A stretch of 63,996 nt of DNA, filler included, from Craspedostauros australis (taxonomy: Eukaryota), in assembly GCA_030167865.1 (NCBI GenBank). It is 14 parts of 14 records of this genome, joined end to end, with 100 filler letters (N's around TTAATTAATTAA, not from the genome) between each part and the next. Parts side by side here need not be neighbours in the genome. Positions count along the whole stretch, not along the records: positions 41,701 to 43,236 come from JALAGF010004196.1; positions 43,337 to 48,033 come from JALAGF010004197.1; positions 48,134 to 54,634 come from JALAGF010004198.1; 11 more parts are not named here. The stretch is one strand, 5' to 3'. Shown one piece after another: positions 41,701 to 53,878 of the stretch. The first letter of the stretch is position 1; every line of letters starts with the position of its first letter. The notes beneath the pieces were generated by a model. That model was not told the origin of the DNA and did no database searches. It saw only the letters and a program-made list of their open reading frames with translations. Both the position numbers and the translations under genes were made by a program.

Positions 41701-43236
41701 TACACTTTGAAGCGACGAAACAGGATCATTATGGCAAACCAGAAACGATACTTCAGACGAAACGAAAAATATGGCCTCGAGTTGCCGAAGACGGTACAAC
41801 GCGCACTTGCTATTGACGAGGAGACAGGCACCGACTTATGGCGCAAGGCACTCGAACGGGAAATGAAGAACGTCCGTCCAGCATTTTCAATCAAGAGCGA
41901 AGACACCAAGCCACCAATCGGTCACACATACATTGAATGTCATATGATATTCGATATCAAGGTCGATCTCACACGAAAGGCACGGCTCGTTGCCGGAGGC
42001 CACATGACGGAGACGCCATCAAGCATCACATACGCGAGTGTGGTCACACGCGAAAGTGTTCGAATCGCATTCCTTCTCGCAGCACTCAACGATCTCGACG
42101 TACAAGCAGCCGACGTGATGAACGCCTATCTGAATGCACCATGTCGTGAACAGGTATACACGACGTGTGGACCTGAATTCGGAGAAGACGCCGGAAAGAT
42201 TGCCGTCATCTGTCGAGCACTCTACGGACTGAAGTCGAGTGGCGCAGCTTGGAGGGCACATCTCGCAGAGACACTCAGAGACTCGCTCGGATTCACCTCG
42301 TGCCGCGCTGACAGCGATGTATGGTTCAAACCTGGAGAGACGAGCGATGGGTCAAAGTATTACGAGTACATCCTCGTGTACACTGACGACATACTTGCCA
42401 TATCCAAGGACCCGCGCGCTTTGCTCTCACAAATTGATTCTTTCTTTCTACTCAAACCCAAATCCATCGGTCCACCAACATCATATCTCGGTTCAACCAT
42501 TGCTCCCTTCCATCTGAAAGCAGAGCCTGAGCGGCCCAAGTGGAGCATGGGATCACAACGCTAAATTCGAGAAGTCATCAAGATGGTCAAACATTGGCTC
42601 GAAGAACGTGGTGGCAGATTCCGCAACACTGCATCATGCGTCCTGCCAAATGGATATCGTCCAGAACTTGATTCGACGTCCTTGTGTGATCCTGAAGAGA
42701 TGAACTACTACCAACAAATGATCGGAATATTGAGGTGGATCGTTGAGCTGGGGCGGATCGACATATGCTGCGAAACGAGCATGATGTCAACATACTGTGC
42801 AGCGCCACGAACTGGTCACTTGCGTGCTCTCTTTCACATCTTCTCTTATTTGAACTCACATGACCGATCACGACTGGTCTTTGATGACGCCTACATCGAA
42901 AAGGGCAACATCCAGACTCCGGATTGGACTTCTTTCTATCCTGATGCACGCGAACTGATACCTCAAGACATGCCGGAACCGAGAGGCAAGGAAGTGCAAA
43001 TGACGTGTTTTGTTGATGCGGATCATGCTGGTGACCAAGTCACTCGCAGATCACGCACAGGTGTTTTGCTTTGTTTAAATTCCTCACCCATCCTATGGTA
43101 CAGCAAGAAGCAGAACGGCATCGAGACTTCTACATTTGGTTCAGAATTCACAGCACTCAAGACAGCCATGGAGATTGTGATTGGCATGAGATACAAGCTT
43201 CGAATGATGGGTGTTCCTTTGGATGGACCAGCCGAC
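41701..43236 (+). mobile_element. Second copy of the same copia RT-RNase H fragment, with a premature stop
   Basis: Same ends as 40065-41600. TAC>TAA at 42562-42564. Confidence 0.92.
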
Positions 43237-44321
43237 NNNNNNNNNNNNNNNNNNNNNNNNNNNNNNNNNNNNNNNNNNNNTTAATTAATTAANNNNNNNN
43301 NNNNNNNNNNNNNNNNNNNNNNNNNNNNNNNNNNNNTCAGATCGGAAACGCCAACAACCAGCCATCAACTAACAACCAGCAAGCGTTGCCAGGAGACGAC
43401 AGGCCCCTCTGAGGCCGCAACGAAGAGAAACAGCCCACAAGGTACGCGCACATCACGAAGAAAGGGGATGGAAGCCGAGCTGATGCATGAGGAAGAATCG
43501 ACAACAGACACGCACACGCGCAGATGCACACGCGCAGATGCACACGCGCAGATGCGCACGCACACCTACACAACGGAGAGTGCATTCATTTGCAAAACCG
43601 ACGTCAACACGCACATGAGCCGCGGATAGTGTCGCAGATGATACAGCAGCACTGGTGAAACGGCAGCATGCACCAACGCTCGAGATGCAAGCTACCTGCG
43701 AGTATGAGCACCATACCTACTACGTTCCAGTCAATCTTCGCGGATCGTTGTTCAGCGGTTCTGCGGCCCCTGTCGATGATGACCATCTCGTTCAGGATGC
43801 CTCGTGTCATGCCGATGCTAGACGCGCGCTGCTTCACATTCCGGTGCTCACATCCCGCACCTACTCCAAGCCGATCTAACTCAAGCTGCTCTTTTCCATC
43901 ACCATCGTTCCTGCTCTCCCCTTCCCTTTCCCTTCCCTTCGCATGCACAACTGATGCCTCCTGTGTGCGCAATCTTGACGTGATCGAATCTTTACGATGT
44001 TGTGTCGATTGATGGATATCGTTAATCTTCATTGATTGCCGTCGTTGTCGATGCTCGCCACCACGTCTCGCGTCATTTCACACACCAACAATTCTGCTCA
44101 CACAAACGAACACATCACTGCAACACTCACAATCGTTGCCGTTCTTCGTGGGACGGAACTCGCGGCCAAACTTATGTCTGATGCTCGCATTGCCAATCTC
44201 AACCCATACGTGATCCGTACCAACCCATTCTCGTGGCACGTACGCATACATGCACACATACAAATGGGCCCGACGTGCAGAACCAAACAGTCTCACGACG
44301 GCGACGAAGACAACAGCAAAG

Positions 44322-46936
44322 ATGCTCTGCACCAACACAGCCTTCGCGGCTTTCATCGCTGTTGCCAACATGGCAAAAACCCACGCTGCCCTCCGTGGCA
44401 ACAGGATTCCTGTGGATCCAACCGAGGAACTCCAGATGATGATGATGAAGACTCGCATCCTCAAGGACGCCGACACAGATACGAAGACCAACAAGGGCAA
44501 CAAGAACAACCGAGTGCCACCCACTGAGAACCCGGCTGGTGCGGAAACAACAGCGCCAACCGCATTGCCTACTGGGTCGCCAACTGCCTCACAGACCTCC
44601 CAGCCCACCCGCCTGCCAACATCCAAACCATCAGCTGCTTCAACCGTCTTCGATTCCACCATAGAGGTCGTTTGCAAGCCAGATGGCAATACCACCCTCA
44701 CAACACAAGAGGCAAGCCCCAAGACCATCATCTGTAACTCTGCCAAGCAATCCTGCCGCGAAGCCATCAGCGCCGTCAAGGAATCCCAGCAGCTGCAGAA
44801 CTTCTTCGGATGTGCAGGAGACCTCGGTGAAGGAGATGCACGCAAGCTCTTCAACAAGTACGCGTCGCATGACGTGCTTGCTGGCCAATTGGCCCTGGTC
44901 GCTGCAACCAACAGCTCCTCGTCACCGAACGACCTGATGCAATGAAGGCAGCATGCGCGGACATCGCTGCGATGCAATCGCCTGCTGTCGCAGACCCATG
45001 CTGCCAAGGATCCTCAGGATGCACTTCAGTCACCGGTTCCGCCTCCAACTCTCCTCCATTCATGACTGTTGCCATCACTGCATGCACCGGTGACAGCGCC
45101 TGCGAGGATATGGGCCCCAATCCCCTCATCCTCGATTCCTCCTGCACTGGCACAAGTGCATGCGAGTTGACGAACGAAAATGAAATCAACCCGTCCATCA
45201 CAGGAGTCACCTTTGTTGGTGAGATGGCATGCACCACTCCTCATTCTTGTGAGGGAGTGGGGCGTCGTTCTCATGGTGATGTCACCATCCAGACCGGCGC
45301 ATGTATCGGATCAGACGCATGCAATGCATCTGGCCGCCGTGTGGAGCAATCAGCACCATCCTTTCGCTTCCGGAGTCGCATCGACATTGGTGAGAATGCG
45401 TGCGTCGGCAGCAATGCCTGCAAGGATGCCCATTCCACTGTCAATCATGGTACTGCGGGCAAGTATGCAGGCAGCCTGACCATTGGTGCTGGTGGCTGTG
45501 CCGCTGATGGGTCATGCGAGAAGATGGGCTTCCATGACAGGATGAGGACCGACCTCGTCGTCCCTCCTGGTGGATGCGGCAGTGTTGATAGCTGCAGAGG
45601 ATGCATGACGAAGACGAAGTGCAATTCTGACGAAGTCTACATCATCAGCGATGTCGATGGGGCCTGTCCAAAAGGAGGCAATGACACCAACAATAATCCC
45701 ACTGGTGACAAGGTGGATGAGTACTGTATTGGCAAGGACACCTTGCCCACAGACTCTCCAACCTTTTTCCCCACCCCTTTCCCAACGCCTGCCACGTCAC
45801 CTCCCACATCATCCCCAACAGCTCCAACTGCTTCGCCGACCTCGGCACCGACCAGCGCCCCAACGAGCGCGCCAACTTCAGCACCGACATCGGCTCCTAC
45901 CTCGGCACCGACCAGCGCACCAACGTCGCCCCCCACTGCTTCGCCGACTTCACCGACCAGCGCCCCGACGAGCGCGCCAACCAGCGCCCCAACTGCCCTG
46001 ACATTTCTGTTTGCTCTCGGAACACCAGGCACAGAGGAGGGAAAGGCACTTCTCTCCACTATCCAAAACGAAGCTGATCTCCTCGGGATCTTCGAAAACC
46101 AGGCAAGCATTGATGACGGCGTCGCTCTCTTCAATACCATAAGCGGAAAGACCGGTGTCCTCGATATCTTCAAGGCGGCCGCCAACGCCACCGGTGAGAT
46201 GTTCACGGGAACCGCAGCTGATGCCAGGCCTTGGTGTAGAATGGCAGGACGCACATGCTGCAGAGGAGACATGACCTGCTCCTGGATCGGCATCGCGTCT
46301 ATCGCTTCCAACAGTTGCATTGGGATCTTCGCATGCAACAGCATCGAGACTCAGTCCATGATCTTCGAGGGATCCTGCCGCTCTCTCGATTCTTGTTATA
46401 ACTTCAACTTCAACTCTGGAAGTGACAAGGCCTCTATCATTGGGCCAGGATCGTGCATTGGAAACAGGGCATGCGACACCCTTGCGGCATACTCCAACGG
46501 CGACGCCATTATTGGTGCAGGATCATGCGCTGACTTTAGATCCTGCGATGCCATGGGTTCTGGATTAAACAGCATCCAAGACAAGCGTGGATCCAACACT
46601 ATCGTGGGAACCGGGTCCTGTGTCAACGCCAACTCGTGCACGTACATGAACTCTTACTACAGCTCCAGCGGCCAAAGCTACCCCCAGCTCGAGGGAGACA
46701 CACTTATCGGTGATGGTACATGCGTGCCGGATGCCTCCTGCATTAAAATGGGCTACGGCTTATACTTTAACGCGGACATCATCCTCGGCGACAACGTGTG
46801 CAACGAGCCCTTTGTCGAGGCAAACGCCAACTGCAACCGATGCCAAAACGATGTTGGTACATCCAACTCCTGCACGCCTCTCACTGCCGTCTTGACCATC
46901 GCCTCCGGCAGCTCTTGCCCAGCCACCTGCACCTAA
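44322..46936 (+). CDS. Secreted Pro/Thr/Ser-repeat, Cys-rich protein (paralogue A), split by a 1-nt frameshift at about 44942
   Basis: Signal peptide, PTSA repeats and recurring xxCxGxxxC units. The two ORFs (to 44945 and from 44942) together are colinear with the single ORF at 51663-53654. Confidence 0.75.
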
Positions 46937-47193
46937 GCGGCCTGTGGGAGCAGCAGCACAAGTACATTCTTCCTCCGGTTCCGCGCCAACACCAGGTCTT
47001 GAAGGGTTTGGGCCAGCCACCTTACGGATGATGGCAAACTCGCCCTCTTCATTGGGTCTTCATGTGTTAAGAAATCCACTTGGCGTAAATTCATAGTCCT
47101 TGTTTCACACAAATTGTGCTTTATTTCATTTTGTTGTTATCGTTTGTTGTTCTCGATGACGAATCATGAGGCCAAGATTTCCATCTTGTCACA

Positions 47194-47896
47194 ATTGCAG
47201 TTCAACTAAGAACCGACTACTTTCCCTTTAGGGTGTCCCGTGTCGATGCTTGAAGTTGCTTTTGGCGCGCAATTGTCCAAACTCGACAACGGCCAGACCT
47301 TTCCTTGTCCCCCCTCTTTTCAGTCACTAACCATTCCCGGTTCTCATGCTACGGTCTGTCTAACCAACCAACGCACGTGGGAACTATATGCTCTCCAGAT
47401 CCTGTCAGATGGGCTTCACCTGGATTCCCTTCCACTGCCACAGCGTCCGCTGACTATGCCGGCTCTGTCGTGGGTAATCCAAGCTGCTTCAACCTCAGCA
47501 ATGGAATCCTAACGCAAGTCCAGACTACTGACTCCTGCTGCATCGCTCCCATCACTTCAACATCTGCTGAAGCCACAAGACCTTCTGCATGACGTCGACA
47601 GGAACCCAGAGGAGAAGGATAAAGGGAAAGTACAGCCTATTCTCAGCACTGAACTGTGAGGATCAGTGCAGAGCCGTGTCAATACATTGAATATCGTTTC
47701 TTCATCCTGCCTACTACAATACAAACTCATAAATCCAAGTTCAGATTAGTACAACACTACTACTCTATTCAATCGTTACATTTCTGATAGCCAACAGCGT
47801 TCAAGCCCAGTGAACTGCATCAATCAGCCTTCATCTGAAGCCGGCAGTCCACAAGCCCCACTCCGGTTCGTCTACGAAACGTACACGAATTCCAAC
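47194..47896. mobile_element. 703-bp insertion flanked by a 7-bp direct repeat TGTCACA
   Basis: TGTCACA occurs at 47187-47193 and 47897-47903. The paralogous empty site at 49004-49010 has a single copy. Confidence 0.65.
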
Positions 47897-48133
47897 TGTC
47901 ACACAATTTCCCATCTCCATTTTTGTATTCATGCTGTACATTCATTGTTCGACTTGTACATTTCTATTCACCTGGTGTGCCACTGACATTCTGCTGGTCT
48001 TCATAAGGTTTCATAGTATCTGCGATTCCTGACNNNNNNNNNNNNNNNNNNNNNNNNNNNNNNNNNNNNNNNNNNNNTTAATTAATTAANNNNNNNNNNN
48101 NNNNNNNNNNNNNNNNNNNNNNNNNNNNNNNNN

Positions 48134-48640
48134 CCGGAATGTGAAGCAGCGCGCGTCTAGCATCGGCATGACACGAGGCATCCTGAACGAGATGGTCATC
48201 ATCGACAGGGGCCGCAGAACCGCTGAACAACGATCCGCGAAGATTGACTGGAACGTAGTAGGTATGGTGCTCATACTCGCAGGTAGCTTGCATCTCGAGC
48301 GTTGGTGCATGCTGCCGTTTCACCAGTGCTGCTGTATCATCTGCGACACTATCCGCGGCTCATGTGCGTGTTGACGTCGGTTTTGCAAATGAATGCACTC
48401 TCCGTTGTGTAGGTGTGCGTGCGCATCTGCGCGTGTGCATCTGCGCGTGTGCATCTGCGCGTGTGCGTGTCTGTTGTCGATTCTTCCTCATGCATCAGCT
48501 CGGCTTCCATCCCCTTTCTTCGTGATGTGCGCGTACCTTGTGGGCTGTTTCTCTTCGTTGCGGCCTCAGAGGGGCCTGTCGTCTCCTGGCAACGCTTGCT
48601 GGTTGTTAGTTGATGGCTGGTTGTTGGCGTTTCCGATCTG
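48134..48640 (-). repeat. Reverse-complement copy or overlap of 43337-43843
   Basis: The same ORF translations appear on opposite strands. Includes the 16-bp tandem GCACACGCGCAGATGC-like units. Confidence 0.9.
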
Positions 48641-49723
48641 ACGATTGATCTGTTTTATGAGACTTTGTGTCGATTTCGGAGGCAACGAGGTGATTCCTGT
48701 GAGTTTGCTTCGCGGTGTTCTTAGTGAACATTCCTCTGAAGGAAGATTGGGGGATCAGTGATGGCCAATTCTTCTTCCGAAGGAAAACCGCCCTCCAAAG
48801 GAAGGTTTCCGCCCTCTCAGGAGACAGCCAACCCGAAACACCTCCAAACGCAAACTGGAGACCACACTTGTTGAGAAATCCACTTGCCGTCAATTCAGAG
48901 TCCTTGCTTCACACAAATTGTGCCATTGTTTCATTTTGTTTTGTTGTTGTTGTTCTCGTTTTCTTGTTCTCGGTGGCGAATCATGAGACCAAGATTTCCA
49001 TCTTGTCACACAATTTCCTTTCTTCATTTTTGTATTCACACTTTGCATTCATTGTCCCACCCGCACAATTCTCTTCATCTGGTGTGCCACTGACATGATG
49101 CTGATCTGCATGTGGTGTGCCACTGACATGATGCTGATCTTCATGCGGTTCCAGAGTACCACATCTGTTATTCCTGACATGCACTGCGTAAAAACAAGAT
49201 GGTATTTTCGTTACGAGCCCCTCGAGCGGGTCGACCTGCACTTAGAAATAGGCATTCTAATTCTTGGTCTGCGATATCCAAACCAAGCACATATTCGTAA
49301 TCCTTGTAATCTCCTCATAAGGAGTCAAGCAATACATTTTTAGTTGTGTCCTAGTTGAAGTTTTATGGATCTATCTATGCAAACATATCAGGCAGGTGGT
49401 CCAACAGCACAAAATTCGTTGTTTTTTGCCGAAGGTTCAATGTTCTTGGGAATCTGTCCTGAGATACCTAGTCACGGCAAGTTATTACACGCGTGAAACC
49501 CAAATTGAGGTGTAGAGTACATGGCCATGTGAAATAGGAGCTCCAAACCGCATCCCATGCAACTCTACGGTTTGGCTGGCTCGCCCGTACCCCCGAAAAA
49601 TATCTCTATCAGGTTATTTTGTACCCCGGGACTCCTTAAAGTTACAAACGATAACTCTCTATTATTTGAGCACAGAATAACTGAAATCTCAGAACAAAGC
49701 AATACTTTTTGTATGTCTTGATT

Positions 49724-51418
49724 CTATCTCGCCTCTATCGTCTCACTCTTGGAAGAGTCAGATTCAGATGTTGCCACTGTCGTGGTCGCGGCGCCATCCT
49801 TGCCCTCCAAGTAGTCCGCCACGACCTTGGCATGATCGTATCCAAACGTGACGCAATCGGGAAAGGCGACGCCGGTACGGTAATTGCCGCACACCCACAG
49901 ACCATCGACCTGCTTCTCGGCCTCCTCCAGATCCTTGATGATCTCCAAATGCCCCAGCTCGTACTGCGGAATCGCGGTGGGCCAGATCTTGAGTCCCAGC
50001 ACCTTGGGCTCGGGCGCGCTGTCCTGCAGCAGCACCTGCCGGCAACCCTTGTCGACTTCATCGATGATCTCGTCGCGCGACAATTCTACCAGCCCCACAT
50101 CGCGCGACCCGCCGATGTAATTGAGCAGGAGATGGTAATCCTCCGGCGCGCGGCCCGGAAACAGCGACGACGACCACAGCGTGCCCAACGTGCGCACACC
50201 TTCCGAGCGCGGATTCAACGACCCAAATCCCGGCAATCCCTGCAAATTGCCAAAGCCGTTGGGCAGTTCGATATCGCGGAACGATTTCTTGGGATACGCG
50301 ACGGTGACGGCCGCGACGGGCGGATGGTAGATGCCGAGGCGATCGATTTCGGCGCGCACCGTTTCGAAGATGCCCTGCGTGTTGGGCAGGACGGGCTTCA
50401 GCACATCCGCGATGGAATGTGCCGGGATCGTGGAGACGACGGTGTTGGCCTGCATCGTTTGGATGCCGTCGGGTGTTTCGAATGTGGCCGTGAAGACGCC
50501 GTCGTCGGCCTTCTCGAGCTTGATGCACTTGTGCTGCAAGCCGATCTTGGATTCGCCGAGATCCTTGCGAATGGCGTCGGGCAACGTCGACAGACCGTAG
50601 CGGAAACTGCCGGGATTGCCGTATTCGAATTCGACCCACTCTGGCTTGGGCGGATCGGCCTTGCGCTCCTTCGTGAGCTCGACCTGCCGCTTCAAGCCAC
50701 CGTAAAAGAGGGCCCCGAATTTGTTCCAATCGATGGAATAGGAGATGCGCTCGATGCGCGCGATCTTGGGCAAGGCCGCCTTCATGCTGAGCGTCTCGGG
50801 ATTGCCGGCGTAGACGCCGCTGACGAAGGGATCGATGCAGCGCAGAAAGACCTCCTCGCCCAAAATGCGCGTGACCCACTCGCGGATCGTCTCCTCCTTG
50901 CCTTCGGGCGGCGGCGCGTGTCCCAGGAAGGCGCCAATGCCAGCGCGGATCTTGCCGGGCCACGACAGCAATTCGCCGGCCAGGGCGAACTTGAGGACGC
51001 CGTTGGCACCGAAGACGAGCTCGAGCTGTCCCTGCGGTCCCTTGCCGCCGTTGCCTTTGGGCAACGGATGCAGCTTGCCGTTGTGGTTGACCCAGGGTGG
51101 CAGTGATTCGTCGGCGAAGACGAGCTGGTCGTCAATGCCGAGCTCGTGGGCGATGCGCACGATGCTGGGCTGCGTCGCGAACGAGTTGGGGCCCTCCTCC
51201 CAGACGAAGCCGTCGTCCGTCACGTGCGATTTGACGTTGCCGCCCAAGTAGTTGCGCGCCTCGGCCAGGAAGATGGATCTGCCGTCGCGATTCAGGTTGT
51301 GGGCTAACGTGCAGCCCGAGATGCCGCCTCCCAGCACCAGGCAGTCCAGGACGCCGTCGTCATTGTCATTGTCATCCTTCTTGGAGGCCTTCAGGGGGTG
51401 CAAGATGGTCGAGATCAA
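49724..51418 (-). CDS. hemY: Protoporphyrinogen IX oxidase (HemY type); N-terminus not found
   Basis: LVLGGGISG FAD motif, WEEGPNS, IDPFVSGVYAG, TLGTLWSSSLFPGRAP, LNYIGG, AIPQY and GNYRTGVA. No in-frame ATG lies upstream of the FAD motif. Confidence 0.92.
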   Translation of the reverse strand: MISTILHPLKASKKDDNDNDDGVLDCLVLGGGISGCTLAHNLNRDGRSIFLAEARNYLGGNVKSHVTDDGFVWEEGPNSFATQPSIVRIAHELGIDDQLVFADESLPPWVNHNGKLHPLPKGNGGKGPQGQLELVFGANGVLKFALAGELLSWPGKIRAGIGAFLGHAPPPEGKEETIREWVTRILGEEVFLRCIDPFVSGVYAGNPETLSMKAALPKIARIERISYSIDWNKFGALFYGGLKRQVELTKERKADPPKPEWVEFEYGNPGSFRYGLSTLPDAIRKDLGESKIGLQHKCIKLEKADDGVFTATFETPDGIQTMQANTVVSTIPAHSIADVLKPVLPNTQGIFETVRAEIDRLGIYHPPVAAVTVAYPKKSFRDIELPNGFGNLQGLPGFGSLNPRSEGVRTLGTLWSSSLFPGRAPEDYHLLLNYIGGSRDVGLVELSRDEIIDEVDKGCRQVLLQDSAPEPKVLGLKIWPTAIPQYELGHLEIIKDLEEAEKQVDGLWVCGNYRTGVAFPDCVTFGYDHAKVVADYLEGKDGAATTTVATSESDSSKSETIEAR

Positions 51419-51662
51419 GCAATCACATGAACAACTGTATCATGTCTCAAACCGTGAAGAGGGGACAGCCCAGTCGCGTATGAGATGAGGCCAACACCCA
51501 GTGCTCATAATTTGCATCCCTACTCATCCAACGTCATTCCGAGAAGCAATATCCAGCACTCTCGCCACGTACGAGTATTTCTCTACGATCATCGCAGTCC
51601 TTTGCAAGCCAAACAAGTCAAGCAACTCAACACCGATCCAATAACAGTCAATCGCAACAATC

Positions 51663-53654
51663 ATGTTCAAGGTCAAGGCAGCCGTCATCTATGCGCTCTT
51701 CCTCGCGAATGCGGCGACGACCGACGCTGTCCTGCGTGGAAGCAGAGATATGGGTGCAACCGAGGAACTTCACCTCATGTTGCAGGCCACGCGCACGCTG
51801 AAGAATGAAGGTGGCGCCGAGGGCAAAAACCAAAAGGAAGCCAACAAGATGGGGAAGGATGGCACAGCTTCACCGACCGCCAATCCGACCAGGTCACCAA
51901 CCTCCAACCCGACGTCGGCTCCAACATCTTCACCGACCGCCAACCCAACATCTTCACCGACCTCCAATCCGACGTCGGCTCCAACATCTTCGCCGATCAG
52001 CCCGTCCACGCCAGAGTCAACACCATCACTACCAGCATCCCCGAACATGTCACCAACTTCGCAGCCAACCTTAACCCTGACGTCGCTCACTGCACTGCCT
52101 ACTTCTCAACCAACCTCAGGACCGACTGCTGTACCCACTTCCGCACCGACCAGCGCACCGACGTCCTCTCCCACCTCTCATCCGACTTCCGCACCGACCA
52201 GTCCACCCACGTCCTCGCCCACCTCTCAGCCGACTTCCCCACCAACCACTCCACCCACGTCCTCGCCAACCTTCCAACCGACTGCGCTGCCCACTTTCGC
52301 GCCGACCGCCTGGCCCACAACTCCAACCGCTGGGCCGACAACAAGTCCAACTGCAAAACCCACTTCTGGACCGACCTCTGGGCCGACTTCTGGGCCGACC
52401 GCGGGACCCACGTCTCTGCCAACTATTGCTCCAACCGCAGCACCAACCACGTATCCGTCATCCATGCCCACATCCAAACCAACTGCCCAACCAACCTCAG
52501 CTCCAACCGCCTTTGACGCGACCGCGCTCGTGATCTGCATCCCATACGACACGCCATCAATCGCGCTGACGCCGCAGCAGGCCGCACTCAAGACTGTCAT
52601 CTGCAATTCGGCGAAGGCATCCTGCCGCGAGGCAATCATCGCCGTTCGCAACACCCGCGCGTTGCAAACGTACTTCGGTTGCGCCGGTGATCTGGGCGAG
52701 GCCGCAGCACGCAAGCTGTTCAATCGATACGCATCGGATCCCGTGCTATCTCGTCAGCTGGCGATGTTGGAGGTCAGCGGCACGACTTTGATCATGGCCA
52801 GGGGGGCGACGGATATTTTCAACGTCTGCATGAGCCGCGGCTTTTCGTGCTGCGAGACGGATGGTAGCTGCTTCACCACCCAGACGAACGGCTTCATGAC
52901 CGTGGCAGCCAGCGCCTGCGTCGGCGTCGGGGTGTGTGCTTCCATGGGACCAGATGCGCTGGTCTTGGGCTCTTCCTGCAACGGAGAGAACGCGTGCGTC
53001 GGAGTCAACGGGAACGACGCATCGGGCGTTGTCGTTTCCGGCGTCACGTTGGTGGGACAGACGGCCTGCATCGGCACGGACGCTTGCACCAATGCCGCTC
53101 GGTTCGCGTATGGAGACGCGGCGATTCTGAATGGCTCCTGCATTGGCCCGGATGCCTGTCGCGACGCCGGCAGACGCATCGAGCAAACTCTGCCCATGCG
53201 CATCCAGAACGACGTCTTCGTCGGTCCCAATGCATGCACTGGCAACAGCGCCTGCAAGGCGACCCACTCCACCATCGAGACCGCTGGTGGCGGAAAGAAC
53301 CGCGGCAGCCTCGTCATCGGTGACAGCGCATGCCCGCGTCGAGGTTCATGTGAAGGATTAGGACACAACGATCGCATGACCACCGACATCATCGTGCCGG
53401 ACGACGGCTGCGGTGACGTTGACAGCTGCAAGGATTGCATGACCGTCGAGAACTGCGACGCCTTCAATCAGCAAGTCTACGTCATCAGTGATGCCGATGC
53501 CGCATGTCCCAAGGACGCCGGCGGCATTGCAACAGGACTAAAAAACGAGACCTATTGCATCGACCGCGCGGAGCGGCCGACCGAATGTCCGACCTTTGCT
53601 CCGACTCCCCTTTCGAGCAGCACTCCGAGCAGCGTTCCGAGCAGTGTTCTGTAG
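51663..53654 (+). CDS. Secreted Pro/Thr/Ser-repeat, Cys-rich protein (paralogue B)
   Basis: Signal peptide MFKVKAAVIYALFLANAA, a ~220-aa PTS mucin-like tract, then KTVICNSAKASCREAI..FGCAGDLGE, which is shared with paralogue A. Confidence 0.85.
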   Translation: MFKVKAAVIYALFLANAATTDAVLRGSRDMGATEELHLMLQATRTLKNEGGAEGKNQKEANKMGKDGTASPTANPTRSPTSNPTSAPTSSPTANPTSSPTSNPTSAPTSSPISPSTPESTPSLPASPNMSPTSQPTLTLTSLTALPTSQPTSGPTAVPTSAPTSAPTSSPTSHPTSAPTSPPTSSPTSQPTSPPTTPPTSSPTFQPTALPTFAPTAWPTTPTAGPTTSPTAKPTSGPTSGPTSGPTAGPTSLPTIAPTAAPTTYPSSMPTSKPTAQPTSAPTAFDATALVICIPYDTPSIALTPQQAALKTVICNSAKASCREAIIAVRNTRALQTYFGCAGDLGEAAARKLFNRYASDPVLSRQLAMLEVSGTTLIMARGATDIFNVCMSRGFSCCETDGSCFTTQTNGFMTVAASACVGVGVCASMGPDALVLGSSCNGENACVGVNGNDASGVVVSGVTLVGQTACIGTDACTNAARFAYGDAAILNGSCIGPDACRDAGRRIEQTLPMRIQNDVFVGPNACTGNSACKATHSTIETAGGGKNRGSLVIGDSACPRRGSCEGLGHNDRMTTDIIVPDDGCGDVDSCKDCMTVENCDAFNQQVYVISDADAACPKDAGGIATGLKNETYCIDRAERPTECPTFAPTPLSSSTPSSVPSSVL

Positions 53655-53878
53655 GAGCTGCCGCTGGGACGATCCACAAGACTTAGCTGGCGCAGTTGCG
53701 ATTCGATCGCGTGAAGAATGAACAAAGCGCGATCAGTGCCGTCCTCGGCACTGTGAACGATAGCGCCAGCAAGTCGTCACGCAAGATGCGCAGCGAACGC
53801 TCGTCAAGCTTGCGTGCTCGTACACTAGAGAGTAGGTCGGATGGCATGTATTTTGTACCAATAGAGTACGCTCTGGAA

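Noticed and set aside
44940..44946. TGA as selenocysteine or stop-codon readthrough
   Set aside because: The downstream homologous sequence is in a different frame, so readthrough cannot join the halves.
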